IMG/VR virus record: IMGVR_UViG_3300020578_000017
Span: 52,450-116,449 of that record
Length of the DNA stretch: 64,000 nucleotides
Origin: a virus
Strand: one strand, 5' to 3'
Shown: in pieces, positions 58,957 to 64,000 of the stretch
How the letters are laid out: each line of letters begins with the position of its first letter
How positions within the stretch are numbered: the first letter of the stretch is position 1
Program-made: the position numbers and the translations under genes
Notes under the pieces: model-generated
What the model saw: only the letters and a program-made list of their open reading frames with translations
Databases searched by the model: none
What the model was told of the DNA's origin: nothing

Positions 58957-59562
58957 ATGAAAGTACGTTTTCTATCAAATATTCGCGCAAGCCTGACAAG
59001 ATTATATCGGAAATTTGTGTCGGTTATCAAGTTGCGTTTTTTAAGAAACCATAAGTTTGTAGCGTTTAACAATAACTATGCTGGACGTTCTTTCATAGGT
59101 CTTGCAAACGTACTTGAAGTTTTTGTTCCTTATCTTCAACTAGAGAAGGACACGAAGCTTTTTCAAACAGACATGCTTGAGCCTGGGCTTTTTTCTGAGC
59201 TTGGTTTTTGGATGGACGAACTCAAGACGGTTCATCAAGCAAATGAACTGTTATTCAAAGTAGCCGAAGGGTTTCTTCCACAAACAGGCTGGGACGATGT
59301 CACTGGCATGCGTGGGCGTGTTGTTGCTGTAGAAATCTGGGGTGTGTTGAATCATTCCTCAGAAATAAACACAAGAATATCTGATATGGTTGTCAATCTT
59401 GGCGAAGCATATGAATTCTCTCCTGTTTCTTATGGAAAGAAAACACTGAAAAGAATTGATCAAGTAGAAAAGCTTGAAATAGAAACCAGAAATAAAATCA
59501 GAGAACTTATGCTCGAAAGATCGAATAAAATTGGAAACGTTGAAATAAGACGTGAACTCTGA
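58957..59562 (+). CDS. hypothetical protein
   Basis: 201-aa ORF with AAGGA RBS. Confidence 0.6.
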   Translation: MKVRFLSNIRASLTRLYRKFVSVIKLRFLRNHKFVAFNNNYAGRSFIGLANVLEVFVPYLQLEKDTKLFQTDMLEPGLFSELGFWMDELKTVHQANELLFKVAEGFLPQTGWDDVTGMRGRVVAVEIWGVLNHSSEINTRISDMVVNLGEAYEFSPVSYGKKTLKRIDQVEKLEIETRNKIRELMLERSNKIGNVEIRREL

Positions 59563-59732
59563 TGTGAAACAAGGAACTTCAAAAGCAAGCTGAATCTATC
59601 GTACAAAACTTGAGTCGAATCAGTCACTTCGGTGATATGGTCAAGTTTTATGAAGCTTTAGAGTTATATACTTCTAGTTTCAAGAAGCAGTTAGAATATT
59701 TTAATAAATAATAATTGTAGTGAGGTATAAAC

Positions 59733-60161
59733 ATGAGAAATTCTGAAAAAGCAACCAATAATCTTCTTCGCATCGCAAGAGATCTTAAATGGCTAAGTGA
59801 GCGACTTGAGGCTGCTGATGTCGAAGAAGGTACAGATTGGTTTGAGAATGACGCACATAAGCAAGTAGGTAAAGAAGAAGTCGTTAGTTATGTCGAAGAG
59901 GTTACTGCGCCATCAAAACTGGTAAACCACTTAGAGATGGTAGCTTTACATCTTGCTGAAGCTGCTGATCTAGTCACGAAGAATCTGGCTGCAATTGAGA
60001 AAGCGGTTGCTGAAAAAACAGTTTCTCCAATACCTGGACTGCTCAAGGAGATGTCAGAGAAGCTTGGCGATGTAAGTCATCATGCTTCGCAGTTTCCGCA
60101 TACTCTATCTGAATACGCTTATGAGCTAAAAGATCGTATTGAAATCTTTGGCTTAGATTAA
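59733..60161 (+). CDS. hypothetical helical protein, candidate internal head protein
   Basis: GAGGT RBS; N-terminal LLRIARDLKWLSERLEAA amphipathic helix followed by an acidic segment. Confidence 0.6.
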   Translation: MRNSEKATNNLLRIARDLKWLSERLEAADVEEGTDWFENDAHKQVGKEEVVSYVEEVTAPSKLVNHLEMVALHLAEAADLVTKNLAAIEKAVAEKTVSPIPGLLKEMSEKLGDVSHHASQFPHTLSEYAYELKDRIEIFGLD

Positions 60162-60190
60162 TATTTACTATTATATAGAGGTATATAAAG

Positions 60191-60502
60191 TTGTACAATA
60201 AATTTCAAAAAGTAGCAGCAGAACTGCAGAAGCTATCTGAAGCTCTTAAGGGTCTTCCAAAAAAGGCTTCTGGTACAGAAGATAGCTTGAACGAGCTAAA
60301 GGGCCTTGGTAATGATCTTATTGCTGACGTAGATACAGCTCTTAAGAGCTTAGGCAATCTAAGTGAGATGGATTTGTCTGATATGCGTAATACAGTCGGA
60401 GCCATCTCTGCTTGTTTTGATAGTGTAGAATACGAATTAGAAGAAGAAATGAACGAAGATTCGGAAAACGAAGATTCGGAAGAAGAATCATGGACTCAAT
60501 AG
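60191..60502 (+). CDS. acidic helical protein, candidate internal head protein
   Basis: GAGGT RBS; FQKVAAELQKLSEAL..KKAS followed by an acidic body. Confidence 0.6.
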   Translation: MYNKFQKVAAELQKLSEALKGLPKKASGTEDSLNELKGLGNDLIADVDTALKSLGNLSEMDLSDMRNTVGAISACFDSVEYELEEEMNEDSENEDSEEESWTQ

Positions 60503-60990
60503 ACGAATTGATTCATTTTGTCGAGAACGATATAGCTAAGAGCAAGCAAGCTTCTCTACTCGTAGAAAAGCTTGAGAACATGCTTGTTGTGGCTAACTTT
60601 GTTCGCGACACGCTGAATGACAAATCTGGTGCTTTCAAGAAGCATGCCAAAATAGGCATTGTCAATCTTACAGATAGTGTTGAAGAACTTTCTAATTTGA
60701 TTAATAGCATACAGCATCATCACGTTGTCAAGAAAGCATCGCGAGTAGAGATAGGAGAATATGACGTTTGTCCTCATATGGCTCCCGCTTTGCATTACGG
60801 TGACTTTGAGATGAAGCATATGGACCTTTCTGACGAGTCCAAGCTTGTCATTAGAAAGTTTGAGCATGAATTACGTTCAAAGCATGGTGCTGTAGAGTTT
60901 GCCGTAGAAGAAGGCAGGCACTTCGGCAAGTGCCATTTGACGGGTGAGCCAGGTATGGTCGTCACCGTCAAGGCTTACGCCAACAAGTAA
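60490..60990 (+). CDS. hypothetical protein
   Basis: 166 aa with KQAS, KHAK and KKAS motifs. Confidence 0.6.
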   Translation: MDSIDELIHFVENDIAKSKQASLLVEKLENMLVVANFVRDTLNDKSGAFKKHAKIGIVNLTDSVEELSNLINSIQHHHVVKKASRVEIGEYDVCPHMAPALHYGDFEMKHMDLSDESKLVIRKFEHELRSKHGAVEFAVEEGRHFGKCHLTGEPGMVVTVKAYANK

Positions 60991-61022
60991 GTCTTATAAA
61001 ATAAAAGAGGGCAGTTAAAAAA

Positions 61023-62168
61023 CTACCATCTTTTTATCATGTTATAGGCTTCTATAGTTTGCCTGGCTGCTGCATACCAGTTATATCCAGAGATCATCTG
61101 CTTAAGAAGATCTCTTCTGCTTGTATCTTTTGCGTGATTCTCAAATGCCGTCTGGATAGCAACTTTTATACTTTGAAAATCAAAAGGATCGCAATAATAA
61201 GCGTACTCTTTGAAATACTCAATCTCAGCAGATCTGTTTCCGACAACAAGATTGCATGCCCCAGATAAGCCTGCCTCTAAAGAAGAAAGAGATGGTGTCT
61301 CACAAAAGCTTGCGTTTACATGAACATGAGCGTGCTGATAAAAACTTGCTACCTCTTTTTGCTCAAGCTTGTCTATCAGAATAGTCTTCTTGGATTTTCT
61401 CTTTCGTAGAATGTCCATATATTCTTTAAATGGTTCAGCGCCAATAACAATCCAGCGGTAATCAAGCTGCTTTACTGCCTCTGCAATTAAAATAAGATTC
61501 TTTCTATCATCTTTACGCGCTACAGATAGAACATAAGGCTCTTTACCAATTAGTGGGTGCTTTTCTATTTTTTTAGAAAACTTCTCTGCATTTACAGCAT
61601 TTGTTACAACTTTGAATGGTATATTCGGCAAAAGAAGACTATGCTGTACATTTTGAGCTTCAAGATAAGAGTTAGGTAAAAATATATCCGCCTCTTTAAA
61701 TATTAGTCGCCAAAACTGCTCATTTTTACTTTCAGTAATCGGCTTGTATCGGCTATAGACAAACTTTTTACCTCCTTCTCCATTTAGTGCAAGAGTCTTG
61801 GTTGACAGAGCCTGAAGAAAGCTATCTTCGTTGATATTGTTGCCGTCTTGACTAAAGAAAGATTTGATACAAGTCGAGGCATATTCTGTTTCTGCCTGGT
61901 CCCAATAAATAGTTGAGATGGCTAATGGAATATTATGCTTATCTTTTGCATCAAATATTTTTATAACTTCTGTTGAACTCATGTATTGAGCGTTGAAGAA
62001 ATGATAGATATCAAAATCTACGTGCTTGCTTTCGTCAAATTGATCAGAAGTTATGATTTCTACTTCATGTCCATAAAATCTAATTGCGTTTGCTGTCTCT
62101 AACGCTTGAACGAGATCGCCACCCTTGGTCTTATAAAGATTAGGATGCGTTATGAAAAGAATACGCAT
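61023..62168 (-). CDS. glycosyltransferase, GT4/GT-B fold
   Basis: GGDLVQ, DIYHFFN, LPNS..E, VTNAV, VARKDDRKN, HVNASFCETPSLSSLEAG. Confidence 0.9.
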   Translation of the reverse strand: MRILFITHPNLYKTKGGDLVQALETANAIRFYGHEVEIITSDQFDESKHVDFDIYHFFNAQYMSSTEVIKIFDAKDKHNIPLAISTIYWDQAETEYASTCIKSFFSQDGNNINEDSFLQALSTKTLALNGEGGKKFVYSRYKPITESKNEQFWRLIFKEADIFLPNSYLEAQNVQHSLLLPNIPFKVVTNAVNAEKFSKKIEKHPLIGKEPYVLSVARKDDRKNLILIAEAVKQLDYRWIVIGAEPFKEYMDILRKRKSKKTILIDKLEQKEVASFYQHAHVHVNASFCETPSLSSLEAGLSGACNLVVGNRSAEIEYFKEYAYYCDPFDFQSIKVAIQTAFENHAKDTSRRDLLKQMISGYNWYAAARQTIEAYNMIKRW

Positions 62169-62231
62169 ATATTTATTATAGAAGTTGAATTTCTTTTTTT
62201 ATTGTTGGGTACGTACCCATACTTTCATTTA

Positions 62232-62266
62232 AAAAGGCCCCGTATAGGTTATATACGAGGCCTTTT
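62232..62266. terminator. intrinsic terminator, probably bidirectional
   Basis: AAAAGGCC.CGTATA / TATACG.GGCCTTTT stem with one mismatch. Confidence 0.7.
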
Positions 62267-62274
62267 CGTTTACC

Positions 62275-62529
62275 CTAGTCCTGAGACAGGCGATCCGTTT
62301 CTTCCTGAACCAGGTCATTCAACCTTTCAATGGAAGAAGAAGCCTCATGAATATCGCTCTTCATATCATTGATATAATGAACGATATTATGGTTCTTGCC
62401 GTCAGCGTAGTTCTTGTTAATCGATTCACAACTCTGAACAAGAGCCCTTGCCGCCGCATAGACTTCTTCGAACTCTTGATAAATCTGAGTATCAAGATAT
62501 TCTTTAATCTTTTCAAGTGACTGGGACAT
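62275..62529 (-). CDS. small early protein
   Basis: 84 aa; AAGGAGG RBS, own sigma70 promoter and terminator. Confidence 0.7.
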   Translation of the reverse strand: MSQSLEKIKEYLDTQIYQEFEEVYAAARALVQSCESINKNYADGKNHNIVHYINDMKSDIHEASSSIERLNDLVQEETDRLSQD

Positions 62530-62579
62530 TGCCTTAACCTCCTTTAAGGTTAATAGGGTGCGTCATTCGCACAGAAAAG

Positions 62580-62608
62580 AAACTAACACAAGACAAGAGG
62601 TGTGTCAA
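62580..62608 (-). promoter_or_regulatory. sigma70-type (early) promoter
   Basis: TTGACA-17 nt-TAGTTT with TG extension. Confidence 0.7.
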
Positions 62609-62691
62609 TAGAAATTGTGCAGAAAAATTTTGCGTAGCAACAAGAAACTGCAAGACAAATTACAGCAGTCAGGGCGGCGGCGGGGCGCCAG

Positions 62692-63219
62692 CTACCCGAT
62701 GTAAATCTTGCCGTCGTCCCCGACGTAAAGGTCCTGCTCACCAAAGTTCTTGGAAATATCCGTAAGCTTTTGAGCGATCTGGTCATCAGCCCAGGGCTTG
62801 CCCTGGTTGTCCCAGAAGCCACTACCATGGCCGTTCCTGGTCAACCAGAAATCATGAGCTAGGTCAGACAGATTGAAGTTGTGGTCTGGAATTAGACGGC
62901 TTACTTGCTTGGTGAAATCAAATAATTCATTGAGCATGGTAGATTTGGCAGACTCGGACAAATCTGACATATCATATTCTTTATCAAGAGGCTCGCCTTC
63001 GTCATCTGTAGAAGACCAAATAGCAGTCACGGCATATTGCGTGAAAGCCTCTTTTACTTCAGGAGAGTTCAACGTAAGTTGATCACGCATACGTCTACGT
63101 AGCCCCTGCATGAATGGATCTTTCAACTCCTTCTCACGCTCTTTACGCTCTTATTCAGGAGTGTCCATGGCAGCTAGCTTGTTAGCCAGCTTACGTAGTT
63201 CGCGAGATAGATCTTTCAT
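62692..63219 (-). pseudogene. phage protein (HDFWLTRNGHG..FWD type) fused to a duplicated leader interrupted by in-frame TAA
   Basis: ATG 63219 is in frame with the 62692..63126 ORF; codon 23 (63151-63153) is TAA where the paralogous leader has AGG. Confidence 0.65.
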
Positions 63220-63239
63220 ATTAAACTAAACTATCAAGG
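63097..63239. repeat. 143-bp direct repeat, copy 1
   Basis: matches 63641..63783 with 7 mismatches counted by eye. Confidence 0.95.
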
Positions 63240-63241
63240 TT

Positions 63242-63763
63242 CTAGCGAACTTTTTTGCCGTATTGATACCACTCGTGATTGCCATCAGGACTCACAATGG
63301 CAGGGCCATCGTCTCGATGGAGCATGCCACCTTGAAGATACTTTTGAGTGCCGTCAGCATATACCACTGCAGGGCCGTTGGACCGATGAGGGCGATTATT
63401 ATAATACCAGAACTCATCGCCATTTGGATTGACGACAGCAGGACCGTCCTCACGATGGAGCTTGCCGTTGAGATACCACATCTTGCGTCCATCGCCATAC
63501 TCAACTGCTGGCCCACCCTTACGATGGAGCTTGCCGTTTTTATCTAGCCAGCGGATAGTACCGTCCTTGTCTTTTGTCGGTGTAGATTCACTTTCCTGCA
63601 TACGCTCACGTAGCACTTTATACCTAGGGTCCATACGCTCACGTAGCCCCTGCATGAATGGATCTTTCAACTCCTTCTCACGCTCTTCACGCTCCCTTTC
63701 AGGAGTGTCGATAGCAGCTAGCTTGTTAGCCAGTTTACGTAGTTCGCGAGATAGATCTTTCAT
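63242..63763 (-). CDS. LHREDGPA-repeat (MORN-like) protein with N-terminal leader
   Basis: four 23-aa repeats W..NGKLHR.[DG]GPAV..[DN]G. Confidence 0.8.
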   Translation of the reverse strand: MKDLSRELRKLANKLAAIDTPEREREEREKELKDPFMQGLRERMDPRYKVLRERMQESESTPTKDKDGTIRWLDKNGKLHRKGGPAVEYGDGRKMWYLNGKLHREDGPAVVNPNGDEFWYYNNRPHRSNGPAVVYADGTQKYLQGGMLHRDDGPAIVSPDGNHEWYQYGKKVR

Positions 63764-63783
63764 ATTAAACTAAACTATCAAGG
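63641..63783. repeat. 143-bp direct repeat, copy 2
   Basis: covers 20 nt of upstream sequence plus the first 41 codons. Confidence 0.95.
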
Positions 63784-63841
63784 GTTTCTTACTTATATTG
63801 TTGGGTTATACCCATACTTTCATTTCTTTTATAGATGTAAA

Positions 63842-63875
63842 ATAGCCGCTAGCGAGAGTTAACGCTAACGGCTAT
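63842..63875 (-). terminator. intrinsic terminator
   Basis: minus-strand ATAGCCGTTAGCG/CGCTAGCGGCTAT (one U-G pair) followed by T-tract. Confidence 0.7.
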
Positions 63876-63894
63876 GATAATCGTATTATAGATT

Positions 63895-64000
63895 CTAGTC
63901 TTCGATTTTGACAGCAGTCAAGCCTAGTTTACGCGCTTGTTCTTTGGTTACAGGAATACCCTTGAGGATGGCTTCGTGAAGTTCTTGGGGAGACTTGAAC
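63895..64000 (-). CDS. hypothetical protein, 3' end only
   Basis: open frame FKSPQELHEAILKGIPVTKEQARKLGLTAVKIED* followed by a terminator. Confidence 0.55.
   Translation of the reverse strand, partial: FKSPQELHEAILKGIPVTKEQARKLGLTAVKIED

Overview
This window is a 64-kb segment of a large (jumbo-type) tailed dsDNA phage genome. It is AT-rich, gene-dense and reads in the standard genetic code, with almost all genes on the minus strand up to ~54 kb. From left to right it holds: (1) a head/packaging module (portal, terminase large subunit, Cys-repeat protein rich in K-x-A-S motifs); (2) a transcription pair (tandem sigma-region-4 protein plus NusG-like protein); (3) bacterial-type replication and recombination genes (DnaX, primase core, split SbcC, SbcD, Cas4/RecB-like nuclease, RecA, RuvC, SSB) with peptide deformylase inserted on the opposite strand; (4) two GT4 glycosyltransferases after four ~1000-1200 aa Ser/Gly/Thr-rich fibre genes built as a 2x2 matrix of N-terminal anchors and bodies; (5) HolA- and HolB-like clamp-loader subunits; (6) an accessory region with a Cys-to-Ser papain homologue, an AsnRS-like/pyrF/pyrE operon behind a candidate leader-peptide attenuator, HNH proteins, GroEL, two more glycosyltransferases, a SpoT/Mesh1-type HD hydrolase, and small proteins sharing an amphipathic N-terminal leader, one copy of which was duplicated onto two unrelated cargo domains. 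No tRNA, rRNA, CRISPR array, integrase or reverse transcriptase was seen. All calls come from reading motifs by eye; no database searches were run.
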